From Acidobacteriota bacterium (GTDB lineage: Bacteria; Acidobacteriota; Thermoanaerobaculia; Gp7-AA8), in NCBI GenBank assembly GCA_034667465.1, contig JAXDJV010000010.1, forward strand, positions 6,874 to 70,873: 64,000 nucleotides of DNA, in the 5' to 3' direction. This document shows, piece after piece, positions 28,609 to 37,309 of the stretch. The notes beneath the pieces were generated by a model. The model saw only the letters and a program-made list of their open reading frames with translations. It was not told the origin of the DNA and searched no databases. Numbering within the stretch: position 1 is the first letter of the stretch; each line of letters opens with the position of its first letter. The position numbers and the translations under genes were made by a program.

Positions 28609-29040
28609 ATGGGTGGCAAGACCAATGGTGGCGGTGGTGGTGGCGGCGATGTCGTCGTAATCACCGTCAGCCGCGCATGCGCCAAAGAGTTCCTGACCGC
28701 GATCACGATCGCCCTCGGCTCGAAACCGATCAAGAAGATCACCAAGGGCAAGAAGGGTAAAGGCGGAAAGGGCGGCGGCAAGTCGACCGGCGGCGGCGGA
28801 AAAACGACGACGGGCGGCAAGACGACGACCGGCGGCGGGAAGACGACGACGGGCGGCGGAAAAACCACGACCGGTGGCGGAAAGACCACGACCGGTGGCG
28901 GCACGACGACGGGTGGCGGCAAGACGACGACGGGTGGCGGCAAGCCTCCGAGCGGCGGCAAGACGACCACGGGCGGCGGGACGACCACGACCGGCGGCGG
29001 CAAGTCGACCACCGGCGGCGCCAAAACCGCTAAGCGGTAA
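28609..29040 (+). CDS. Gly/Lys/Thr tandem-repeat peptide (putative modified precursor)
   Basis: AGGAGGT RBS at 28597-28603; short helical N-terminal segment, then about 10 GG(G)K/TTT-type repeats. Confidence 0.75.
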   Translation: MGGKTNGGGGGGGDVVVITVSRACAKEFLTAITIALGSKPIKKITKGKKGKGGKGGGKSTGGGGKTTTGGKTTTGGGKTTTGGGKTTTGGGKTTTGGGTTTGGGKTTTGGGKPPSGGKTTTGGGTTTTGGGKSTTGGAKTAKR

Positions 29041-29049
29041 CGCCTTCGC

Positions 29050-31119
29050 GTGTCGAGCATCTCTCCGGGGCGCGAGCGTTTGCTCCGCCCCACGATGCGA
29101 CCGGTTCGCCCGCCGCGGCCGAGCGCACGCGTGGAGCGACTCGTGCGCGAGCACGCTGGCGAGCATCGCGATCTCGCGCTGCTCGTCGACGTCGTGCTCG
29201 CGCAACGCGGCTATCTCCGTGCGCTCGCCCGGACGGCAGCGGAGCTTGCGCGCAACGGCGCGGAAGCGTGGCCTGTGCGCCGCGCGGCGACGCTCGTTCT
29301 CGAACATCTTCTCCTCCGAACGGACGACGTCTCCGAATGGCACTGGTGGATGCGCGAGCTGCACATCACCGGCATCGACGCGCGACAACTTCGCGCGCGA
29401 ATGTCGCGTCTCTCTCGCGTTCATGAATCGATCGCGACCGATTCAGGGCTCGGCGACTTCTTCCACATCGCCGCACGCGATTGCCGGCTGACGCTGGCGC
29501 GATACACCTTCGGCGCGAACGAAGTGATCGCCCAAATCGAGCGCGATCTCCGCCGCTCGCGCGGCCTGCGCAGCAAGCCCGATTACGGTCATCGTCTCGT
29601 CTACGAAGAGGCCGATCACATCCTCGACACGCTCGCGCCGATGGATCGCGCGATCATCGAGCACCTCGGCCGCGACGCAACCATTCGCTTCACCACCGAG
29701 CGGACGACCGACGACATCAACACGCTCATCGAGCATCCGGTCGGTACCGTCGTCGCGGTGATCAAGCCGCCCGGCAGCGACATCGAGATCGAGATCAAAC
29801 GCGCCGGCGTCCGCGAGCCGTTTCCGTTCGACGTCGTCTTCGCGCGCGGCGGCTACATCGTTCCGAACTCGCACTTCCTGCACGGCGGCTCGATGGAACA
29901 CCTCCTCGCATTCGAGACGTCGCAGGCGAGCGTGCTGTCGCGGCTCTATCGCAGCGTGCACGGCGTCGACGCACCGATGTCGCGCACGATTCACCTCGCC
30001 ACCGTCTACACGATTCCGACTCCGGATGGCGAAGTCGACGTGCTCGATTACTTCACCGATCCGAGCGTCTTCGGTGAGCGCTACAAAGCGATGCGCGCGC
30101 GGATGGATGACTGCGTCGCGGAGCTCGCGAATCAGCAGAAGAAGGATCGCGAGCCGCCGATCAACGAGCTGTCGCTCACGCTCGAGTTCCTCGGGCAGAT
30201 CAAGCCGGCGCAGGCGGTGCAGGTCGGAACAACATCGTTTCGTTTGGAACGGCTCGCCGCCTATCTCGCACCGAACGGCGACGCTCGTTTCTTCGGCCGC
30301 GATCGCGGCGTCGACTTCACACCGGCCGCCGCACGGCGTTTCGCTGATGAACTGCTCGACGAGATCCTCTGCGTCTACGAGCCGCCGCGCGTTGCGTATC
30401 GCAGCTACGCGAGCTACCTCGACGCCGCGTATGCGGTGCGCGCGAATCGCCGCCGCGCGAACGCGAACTACCTCGACGCGATGACGCAGTTCGGCCGCAT
30501 GTGGGGAACGCTCCTCGCCGCGCGCGGACACAGCGAAGGGGAATCGTTCGTGTCGCGCAACGCAGGACTGCGCAGCGTCTTCGCGGACGGCCAGTGGCAG
30601 CTGCGAATGGTCTTCATGGACCACGACTCGCTCTCGTTCGCGTCGCGCCATCGCAACGCCTACCATCCCGCCGGATCGGTGCGTTGCGCCGCGAAAGACG
30701 CGCGCTTCATCTTCGGCGGCTACTCGGGCAAGCGATACGTGCGCGGCTCCGTCGATTACCTGCGCGAGATCTATCGCGTGAATCGCGTCACCGAACGCCG
30801 CGGCATGACCGCGATGCGCGAAGCGATGAAAGCCGCGTACGACCTGACGCAATCGACGATGCGCAACGACGCCGCGACGAGCGAGCTGTTCCAGGTCGCG
30901 TTCATGGAAAAACTCGGCGACTGGGACCGGGTCGTCGGCCGCTACATGCGCACGCCGCGCAACGCCGCCGCGCGCAACGCGTGGAAGAGCGAGACGCGCG
31001 CGTTTCTCGCGGAGCGCGGCTACACCGAGCCGCTCGCGAACGAGTACGTCGAGACGATCATGAAGTACTCGCGCTTCCTGCGGCGGATCGCGTTCCTGTT
31101 CGCCCCCCCGTCATCCTGA
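29050..31119 (+). CDS. Hypothetical 689-aa protein with atypical protein-kinase-like motifs
   Basis: EIEIKRAG (beta3 Lys-like), GHSEGESFVSRN (catalytic loop-like), VFMDHD (metal-binding-like). The ORF is solid; the function is inferred. Confidence 0.6.
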   Translation: MSSISPGRERLLRPTMRPVRPPRPSARVERLVREHAGEHRDLALLVDVVLAQRGYLRALARTAAELARNGAEAWPVRRAATLVLEHLLLRTDDVSEWHWWMRELHITGIDARQLRARMSRLSRVHESIATDSGLGDFFHIAARDCRLTLARYTFGANEVIAQIERDLRRSRGLRSKPDYGHRLVYEEADHILDTLAPMDRAIIEHLGRDATIRFTTERTTDDINTLIEHPVGTVVAVIKPPGSDIEIEIKRAGVREPFPFDVVFARGGYIVPNSHFLHGGSMEHLLAFETSQASVLSRLYRSVHGVDAPMSRTIHLATVYTIPTPDGEVDVLDYFTDPSVFGERYKAMRARMDDCVAELANQQKKDREPPINELSLTLEFLGQIKPAQAVQVGTTSFRLERLAAYLAPNGDARFFGRDRGVDFTPAAARRFADELLDEILCVYEPPRVAYRSYASYLDAAYAVRANRRRANANYLDAMTQFGRMWGTLLAARGHSEGESFVSRNAGLRSVFADGQWQLRMVFMDHDSLSFASRHRNAYHPAGSVRCAAKDARFIFGGYSGKRYVRGSVDYLREIYRVNRVTERRGMTAMREAMKAAYDLTQSTMRNDAATSELFQVAFMEKLGDWDRVVGRYMRTPRNAAARNAWKSETRAFLAERGYTEPLANEYVETIMKYSRFLRRIAFLFAPPSS

Positions 31120-31202
31120 GCGAAGCGAAGGATCCGGGCGGTGGGACTCGCTGCGGTAGCGCGCCCCGCCCACGCAGATCCTTCGCTAACGCTCAGGATG
31201 AC
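31110..31202. repeat. 93-bp palindromic REP/MITE-like element
   Basis: GTCATCCTGAGCGAAGCGAAGGATC...GATCCTTCGCTAACGCTCAGGATGAC; second copy at 56295-56390. Confidence 0.88.
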
Positions 31203-31909
31203 GTTTGCGCGTACCGCCGCTTCAACTGCTCATACGTCGAGCGCGGATCGTGCTCCGCATCCTTGTCGCGGCCGCCGCGCCGCCACATCTCATTCCAGAG
31301 ATGCACGGCGACGCACGATTCCGGCAGCGGCGGCGGATCGGGTGCAAGCAGCTGATCCCACTCGCGATATCCGATCGGACAGAACACTTCCGGCGGACGG
31401 ACGAAACGCTGCAGCGCGAATTTCTCGACGGTCGCGCCGACCAGCGCCGGTCCGGTCTCGCCCCAGCGGATGTTGTCGCGATCCTTCGCCTCGCACGTCT
31501 CCCACGCGAAGCGCATCGCGTCGCTGCCGCGCGGCGCTTTGATGAAGCCGGCGTTGATCACCGCCCCTTTCGGCGAGTCCTCGCTCGAGAAAACGTACTC
31601 GTCATCAAAGGCCAGCGGCCGCAACGCGATCATGTCGGTGTCGGCCCAGCATCCGCCGCGCTCGAGCAGCAGCTTGTAGCGAAAGAAATTCGAAAAGCCC
31701 GAATACGAGCGGTGCTCGCGATAGAAAAAGATCGCCGACTCCGGCAGGATCTCGCGGCCGTCGCGCACCACGACACCGGACGGCACGCCGTCGACCTCAC
31801 CGTACGTGTAAAGATGAGTCTCGTGGCCGTTCGCGACGAACGACGTCAGCGCGAGGCGCTCCATCACCGACAGCCGCGGCCCGACCCACAGCATCTGAAT
31901 CAACTCCAT
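31193..31909 (-). CDS. GT32/Gb3-synthase-like DxD glycosyltransferase
   Basis: IQMLWVG, FSNFFRYKLL.ERGG.WADTD, WGETGP.L, F.PI, VHLWN. Confidence 0.85.
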   Translation of the reverse strand: MELIQMLWVGPRLSVMERLALTSFVANGHETHLYTYGEVDGVPSGVVVRDGREILPESAIFFYREHRSYSGFSNFFRYKLLLERGGCWADTDMIALRPLAFDDEYVFSSEDSPKGAVINAGFIKAPRGSDAMRFAWETCEAKDRDNIRWGETGPALVGATVEKFALQRFVRPPEVFCPIGYREWDQLLAPDPPPLPESCVAVHLWNEMWRRGGRDKDAEHDPRSTYEQLKRRYAQTSS

Positions 31910-33045
31910 CCGAGCAGTTCCTCCCACTGTCCCATGATGCGCGACGCGCTGAAGCGCTCGACGATCTCCGGCGCGCGCGCAGCGAGTGCACGACGCTCCT
32001 CATCGTTCGACATCAGCCGGTCGAGCGCCGACGCGAAGTCGCGAATGGCATGACTGCGAACGAGCAGTCCATCGATGCTGTCGCGCACGATGTCGCGAAC
32101 GCCGGCGCCGCAATCGACGACGACGGCGGGAAGTCCCGCTGCCATCGCCTCGCAAAGCGCATTCGGAAATCCTTCCGTCGCCGAAGTCATCGCGAAGATG
32201 TCGCCCGTTGCAAGCGCGCCATAGACGTCACGCGTCGCGCCGTGCAGCGTAATGAGCTCTCTCATCGAGAGCCGCTCGACATGCGCATCAAGCCGCGCGC
32301 GCTCCGGCCCGTCGCCCCAGATATCCAGCCGCCAATTCGGATGTTGCGGCGCAGCGCGCGCAAATGCTTCGATGAGCATCCCGATTCGCTTCGCCGGATC
32401 GAGCCGCGTCACGGTGACGACGCGAAAGAATCCCTCTCCCTCCGGGAGAGGGTGCCCGAAGGGCGGGTGAGGGGCGACAAACGAAGAGACAACGTGACAC
32501 GTCACCCCATACCGCCCAATGACGCTCGCCGCGTCAGCAGTCAACGTCACCACCGCATCCGCCCGCGGATAAAATCTCCCCCGCAAAACCTCCCAGTCGC
32601 CGATCGTGCAAAGCCGCGGATCGCAATGCTCCGACACGATCCGCCGCATCGGCAGTCCATCAGTCGCGAGCAACATCCGGATGTTCGTCGAATCCCCCAG
32701 TGAGATCACGGCAAGAGGATCAGTCTCGATGATCGTCCGCCGCAGCAGCGCGACGAGCACCACATCAGCGAGCAGCGTCTCCTCCGAATCGCGCGACAGA
32801 TTCATCGCTCGCGCCACGGCGCTCATCGTCTCCGCATCGAGCTCATGATCGCGCGGCGCGCGAAACCAGCCGACGTCGCGCACGGTGACGTTCGGATGGA
32901 GATCGAACGCGATCTCGCGTTCGCGCTGATAGATCGTCACGATCGACGGCCGCCACCCCTTCGCTGCCCAGTGGTTCGCCATGTTCGCGGCGACACGCTC
33001 CTGCCCGCCGGCGCGCAGACTGCCGACCACGATCGTCACCCTCAT
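31900..33045 (-). CDS. Glycosyltransferase family 4
   Basis: GGQERVA, SEH, RLDPAKR, WGDGPER, EGFPNALCEAMAAGLP; start at ATG 33045. Confidence 0.92.
   Translation of the reverse strand: MRVTIVVGSLRAGGQERVAANMANHWAAKGWRPSIVTIYQREREIAFDLHPNVTVRDVGWFRAPRDHELDAETMSAVARAMNLSRDSEETLLADVVLVALLRRTIIETDPLAVISLGDSTNIRMLLATDGLPMRRIVSEHCDPRLCTIGDWEVLRGRFYPRADAVVTLTADAASVIGRYGVTCHVVSSFVAPHPPFGHPLPEGEGFFRVVTVTRLDPAKRIGMLIEAFARAAPQHPNWRLDIWGDGPERARLDAHVERLSMRELITLHGATRDVYGALATGDIFAMTSATEGFPNALCEAMAAGLPAVVVDCGAGVRDIVRDSIDGLLVRSHAIRDFASALDRLMSNDEERRALAARAPEIVERFSASRIMGQWEELLGWS
32432..32474. repeat. Palindromic repeat remnant inside the GT4 gene
   Basis: CCCTCTCCC-TCC-GGGAGAGGG hairpin plus GGGCGGGTGAGGGG; translates on the minus strand as PHPPFGHPLPEGEG. 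Confidence 0.55.
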
Positions 33046-33133
33046 CGTCTGCGAGGAAGACGCCGAGCCGCGCGCCGGCGTGAAAGAGGGTAGGGAAATG
33101 GTCACTTCCGACACTCCTTCAGTGGAGCCCCGA

Positions 33134-33715
33134 ATGAATCGTCCCTTCCTCCTGCTCTGCGCGCTCGCCATCGCTGCGCCCGCCATTTCCCAGGAACATC
33201 ATCATCATGTGATGGCTTCGCCGCCCGCCGCGTCGCGCACCTACACGATCCCCGACGTTCCGATGCGCACCGCGACCGGCGAGCAGGTCCACTTCTACAC
33301 CGACCTCGTGAAAGGCCGCGTCGTGGTGATGAACTTCATCTTCACGAGCTGCACGACGATCTGTCCGACGATGGGCGCCACGTTCGCGCGCGTCCAGCGC
33401 CTCCTCGGCACGCGCAACGTGGCGATGATCTCCGTCAGCATCGATCCGACTGTCGACACGCCGGAGCGGCTCGCCGTCTGGAGCAAACGTCTCGGCGCGA
33501 AGCCGGGATGGACGCTCGTCACCGGCGAGAAGACGGATGTCGATCGGCTGCTGAAATCGCTCGGACTCTTCAACGCCGATCCGGCCGCGCATTCCCCCGT
33601 CGTGCTCGTCGGCGATGAGAAGATGGGACGATGGGAACGGATCGACGGACTGGCCGCGCCCACATCGATCGTCGCCGTCATCGATCGGATGAGCGCCGAA
33701 GAGAAGGGAAAGTGA
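33134..33715 (+). CDS. SCO1/SenC family copper chaperone
   Basis: Signal peptide, HHHH, FIFTSCTTICP (CxxxC), SIDP..DTPE.L, W..VTG, conserved His. Confidence 0.92.
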   Translation: MNRPFLLLCALAIAAPAISQEHHHHVMASPPAASRTYTIPDVPMRTATGEQVHFYTDLVKGRVVVMNFIFTSCTTICPTMGATFARVQRLLGTRNVAMISVSIDPTVDTPERLAVWSKRLGAKPGWTLVTGEKTDVDRLLKSLGLFNADPAAHSPVVLVGDEKMGRWERIDGLAAPTSIVAVIDRMSAEEKGK

Positions 33716-34293
33716 TGCGCCGATTCGTTTTCGCATTCGTGCTGCTGGCCGCCGTTTCCGCGTTCGCGCAGGAACCGCCGAAGACTCCCGCCGCCTCGTA
33801 CTTTGCGAATCTCTCACTCGTCGATCAGGACGGTCATCGAGTCGATCTCTACAACGATCTGATGAAGGGAAAGACGGTCGTCATCAACTCGTTCTTCGCG
33901 AGCTGCACCGGCAGCTGTCCGGTGATGGGCCGCGCGTTCCTGCACGCGCAGCAGCAGCTCGGTCCGCGCCTCGGCAGCGAGGTGAATCTGATCTCGATCA
34001 CCGTCGATCCGGTCAATGACACGCCGGCGGCGCTGCACGAATACGCGAAGAAGATGAACGCGAAGCACGGCTGGTATTTCCTCACCGGATCGCCGGCGGA
34101 AGTTGAGGCGGCGCTGAAAAAGATCGGACAGTTCGTGGCGACGCGCGAAGAGCATATGAACCTCATGGTCGCCGGCAACGACCGCACCGGGCTCTGGAAG
34201 AAAATCTTCGCGCTGGCGAAGCCGAAGGACGTTTACGACGTCATCGTCAGCGTCGCGAACGATCGCGGCGAGACGCCGGCGGGCACGCACTGA
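33715..34293 (+). CDS. SCO1/SenC family copper chaperone (second copy)
   Basis: FFASCTGSCP (CxxxC), ITVDPVNDTP, WYFLTG, EEH; TGATG-type overlap with the previous gene. Confidence 0.92.
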   Translation: MRRFVFAFVLLAAVSAFAQEPPKTPAASYFANLSLVDQDGHRVDLYNDLMKGKTVVINSFFASCTGSCPVMGRAFLHAQQQLGPRLGSEVNLISITVDPVNDTPAALHEYAKKMNAKHGWYFLTGSPAEVEAALKKIGQFVATREEHMNLMVAGNDRTGLWKKIFALAKPKDVYDVIVSVANDRGETPAGTH

Positions 34294-34297
34294 TCGC

Positions 34298-35497
34298 ATG
34301 ACGCGCGCTCGCGCCGTCACGCTCGCGCTGCTCTTCGCCGCTCACGCGCTCGCAGCCGCGACGCTCACGCCGCAACAGCTCCGCGGACGCGCGATCTATC
34401 GCACGGGAGAGACTCAGTCGGGCACGGCGATCGTCGCGCTCGTCGGCGCCGAAGATGTCGAAGTCGCCGCGACGTCTCTCCCATGCGCGAGTTGTCACGG
34501 TCGCGACGGAAAGGGACGCGCGGAAGGTGGCGTGACGCCGTCCAATCTGCAGTGGGACACGCTCGCGAAGCCGTACGAAGTGGCGACGGCCGGCGGACGA
34601 ACGCATCCGCCGTACACGCTGCCGCTGCTGAAGCGCGCCATCGCGATGGGAAGCGATCCGGCGAAGAATCGTCTGCTGCCGGCGATGCCGCGCTATCGGA
34701 TGTCGATGCGCGATCTCGACGATCTCGTCGCCTATCTCCCGCTGCTCGGCAGCGATCACGATCCCGGCATCAGCGATGACGCGGTCGCCGTCGGCGTCAT
34801 CGTCCCGCCGAACGACGGCGGCGTGCGCGATGTGGTGAGCGCTTACTACGCGAGCATCAACGCGAAAGGCGGCATCTTCGGACGCCGCATCAAACCGCGA
34901 TTCACGTTCGATGAGGAGCCGTTCGCGATCGCGCCGTCATTCGGAACGGCCGACGCGCACATCCCGACGATCACCGCGCTCGGTACCGGCGGCTTCCAGC
35001 TCCTCGCCGGACTCGAAGAGCAATGCCACGCGCTCATCACATCGACCGAAGGAAAAGTGCGCGTCATCGGAAACGCACCGCGCGATCTCGGCGACCGCAT
35101 CACGACCGATCCCAACGCCCCAAACATCCTTGTGCTTGGTACGCCGTTGCCGCAGACGACGAGCACGCTGCTCGTTCCCGCCGCGTACTACGTCCCCCCG
35201 CCCCCGCCCGGCGCGAACGTGTTCGTCGCCGTGCCGTGGTCGAGCGCCGACGTCACCGCCGCCGGCCGCGCCGAGCTTCCCGCCCCAACCCCCGCCCGCG
35301 CCACGGCGCTCGCCGCCGCAAAGCTGTTCGTCCGCGCACTGGAACGAATCGGCCGCGACCTCGATCGCGAGTCACTCACGAAAATGCTCGAGTCGTTTTA
35401 CCAGGAGCCGACGGAGCTAACGCGGCCGGTGACCTGGACGCCGAAGAATCATGTGGGGAATGGGGAAGTGAGCGTGGTGCGGATGAGTGGGCGGTGA
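34298..35497 (+). CDS. c-type cytochrome fused to a periplasmic-binding-protein-like domain
   Basis: Signal peptide, RGRAIY, CASCHG heme motif, MPRY axial Met, then GGIFGRRI typical of Leu/Ile/Val-type binding domains. Confidence 0.82.
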   Translation: MTRARAVTLALLFAAHALAAATLTPQQLRGRAIYRTGETQSGTAIVALVGAEDVEVAATSLPCASCHGRDGKGRAEGGVTPSNLQWDTLAKPYEVATAGGRTHPPYTLPLLKRAIAMGSDPAKNRLLPAMPRYRMSMRDLDDLVAYLPLLGSDHDPGISDDAVAVGVIVPPNDGGVRDVVSAYYASINAKGGIFGRRIKPRFTFDEEPFAIAPSFGTADAHIPTITALGTGGFQLLAGLEEQCHALITSTEGKVRVIGNAPRDLGDRITTDPNAPNILVLGTPLPQTTSTLLVPAAYYVPPPPPGANVFVAVPWSSADVTAAGRAELPAPTPARATALAAAKLFVRALERIGRDLDRESLTKMLESFYQEPTELTRPVTWTPKNHVGNGEVSVVRMSGR

Positions 35498-35498
35498 G

Positions 35499-36770
35499 TT
35501 AGTCGGACTTGCGGGTCGCTCGCAGCTTGCCGAACCATTTCCCTGTTTCGACTGTTATCGCCATACCGATCAGCCACGCGCAAAGGGGCGGAGCCCACGC
35601 GGCGACGCTGATCGCGGCTGACGTCGCAAGAAGCCGCCAGCCCTCGCTGTCGCCGTTCGGCCAGAGCTGTGTGCTCTCCAGTTGCGACATTTTCCTGATC
35701 AGGTTCGCTGCTTCGATGTCGTCTCCCCGTTTCTTCGCCTCTTCATGAGCACGCGCCGACTCCGCCCAGAGATTGTCGCGTCGTTTGCGTACGTACCTGC
35801 GCAAGGTCCATAACGGGAAATAGGCAGCGACAATGAGCGGCAGCGTCATGAAGATGAGCAGCGCCCATAGCCCGGCGTCGATCGTGTGCCATTGGTACAT
35901 TTGATCGGACAGAACATTTGCGAGCAGATGTCCTCGATCTGCAAGTGCGGTCACATAAGCGGACAGCGTGAAGTCGCCCGCTTTATCGATCAACTGCAGT
36001 CGCCGCCCCAGTACATACGCCTCGAAGATGATGACGAGGAGGAGGTACAGGTTCATGAACGCTCCGAGCGGCCGCAACCCGAGGCGCTGATCGGGGTCGT
36101 AAATCAAAGGATCGAAGGTGTAATCGGTCGAATCATCACGCAGCGCACGCGAAAAAATATTCAGAAAGAACCAGAATTTCAGCACGAAGAAGAAGCCGAC
36201 GAAGATGACGAAGCACTCCACCGAGTAGGCCAGCAGATCGAAGGCGACGTTCGATGTGAAGGCAATCCTCCCGGTCGTGAATTCTGTTGTCCAGTCGAGA
36301 ACCGGCGGGGTTCCTTCACGTGTGATGAGAAATCGAGCCAGCGTCGCGCCATGGACGGCCGTCAATACGGCTGCGAGCGAGATACAGAGCCATCGGAAAC
36401 GCGTCGCACCGGCGGCCATCCGGTTGGCGATGTATGCCTCGAAATCGGTCGCCGGCTCTCCGTTGCGGAGGATGACTTTCACCTCCGTCGTCAGGCGTCG
36501 CAACGCGTCGCGCATCAGCGAGATCACGTGAACGAGGCCGCCGAACAGACACGGGAAAACAATCACATACATCAGCGACCAGTTCGGCTCGAACCAGAGA
36601 CCGCGATCGTCGCCCGGCAGCGGGAAGGAATGCACTCCTACGATTGCCGCGGGCAGGAGCAGGAGGAAGGCGGACGCGACGCCGAGGCGCACGCCGAAGG
36701 CGACCGGTCCCAGGTCGATGAACCGGCTCATTACGGGATGACCTGAGGCGAAAAACTGTGCGTCGGTCAT
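35499..36770 (-). CDS. Hypothetical multi-pass membrane protein
   Basis: 423-aa ORF with about 7-8 hydrophobic segments; no recognised family motif. Confidence 0.7.
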   Translation of the reverse strand: MTDAQFFASGHPVMSRFIDLGPVAFGVRLGVASAFLLLLPAAIVGVHSFPLPGDDRGLWFEPNWSLMYVIVFPCLFGGLVHVISLMRDALRRLTTEVKVILRNGEPATDFEAYIANRMAAGATRFRWLCISLAAVLTAVHGATLARFLITREGTPPVLDWTTEFTTGRIAFTSNVAFDLLAYSVECFVIFVGFFFVLKFWFFLNIFSRALRDDSTDYTFDPLIYDPDQRLGLRPLGAFMNLYLLLVIIFEAYVLGRRLQLIDKAGDFTLSAYVTALADRGHLLANVLSDQMYQWHTIDAGLWALLIFMTLPLIVAAYFPLWTLRRYVRKRRDNLWAESARAHEEAKKRGDDIEAANLIRKMSQLESTQLWPNGDSEGWRLLATSAAISVAAWAPPLCAWLIGMAITVETGKWFGKLRATRKSD

Positions 36771-36793
36771 ATGAATGTAGTGACCGAATTATC

Positions 36794-37306
36794 TCACGGC
36801 ACGTTGCGCAGCGGCTGGTCGAATGCATCGAAAACATCCGGCGCAAACAGCGCGAAGATCACCGTCTCGACCGCGCCGCGCTCGAGTGCCGCGCCACTTT
36901 CACGAATTGCGATTACGGCCGCTTCCGTTTTCGGATAGCTGTAGATACCGCAGCTGATCGCGGGAAAGGCGATCGTCCGGACACCATGTTTCTCTGCGAG
37001 CGCGAAGCAGCGCTGATACGTTTGCGCCAGCCGCTCCGCCTCGAAATTATCGCCGCCGTGCCACGACGGTCCGACCGCATGAATGACGTATTTCGCGGAA
37101 AGGCGGTGAGCTCCTGTAATGACGGCGTCGCCGGGATGACAGCCGCGCATAAGGCTCATGCACTCGTCGTGTAATCCCGGTCCGGCCGCGCGATGAATGG
37201 CGAGGCCGACGGCGCCGCCCGGCGTCAATCCCGGATTTGCGGCATTGACGATGGCATCGACGCTGAGCGTCGTGATGTCACCACGAAAGAGCTCGATTCC
37301 GGCCAC
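36794..37306 (-). CDS. Macro domain O-acetyl-ADP-ribose deacetylase (YmdB-like)
   Basis: GDIT..VDAIVNAAN..L..GG.V..AIHRAAG, YVIHAVGP, IAFPAISCGIY.YP. Confidence 0.93.
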   Translation of the reverse strand: MAGIELFRGDITTLSVDAIVNAANPGLTPGGAVGLAIHRAAGPGLHDECMSLMRGCHPGDAVITGAHRLSAKYVIHAVGPSWHGGDNFEAERLAQTYQRCFALAEKHGVRTIAFPAISCGIYSYPKTEAAVIAIRESGAALERGAVETVIFALFAPDVFDAFDQPLRNVP

Positions 37307-37309
37307 GCT

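Noticed and set aside
28539-29093. Minus-strand ORF with PPPVVV repeats
   Set aside because: It is the antisense mirror of the GGGKTTT peptide. The plus-strand ORF has a strong AGGAGGT RBS and fits the operon direction.
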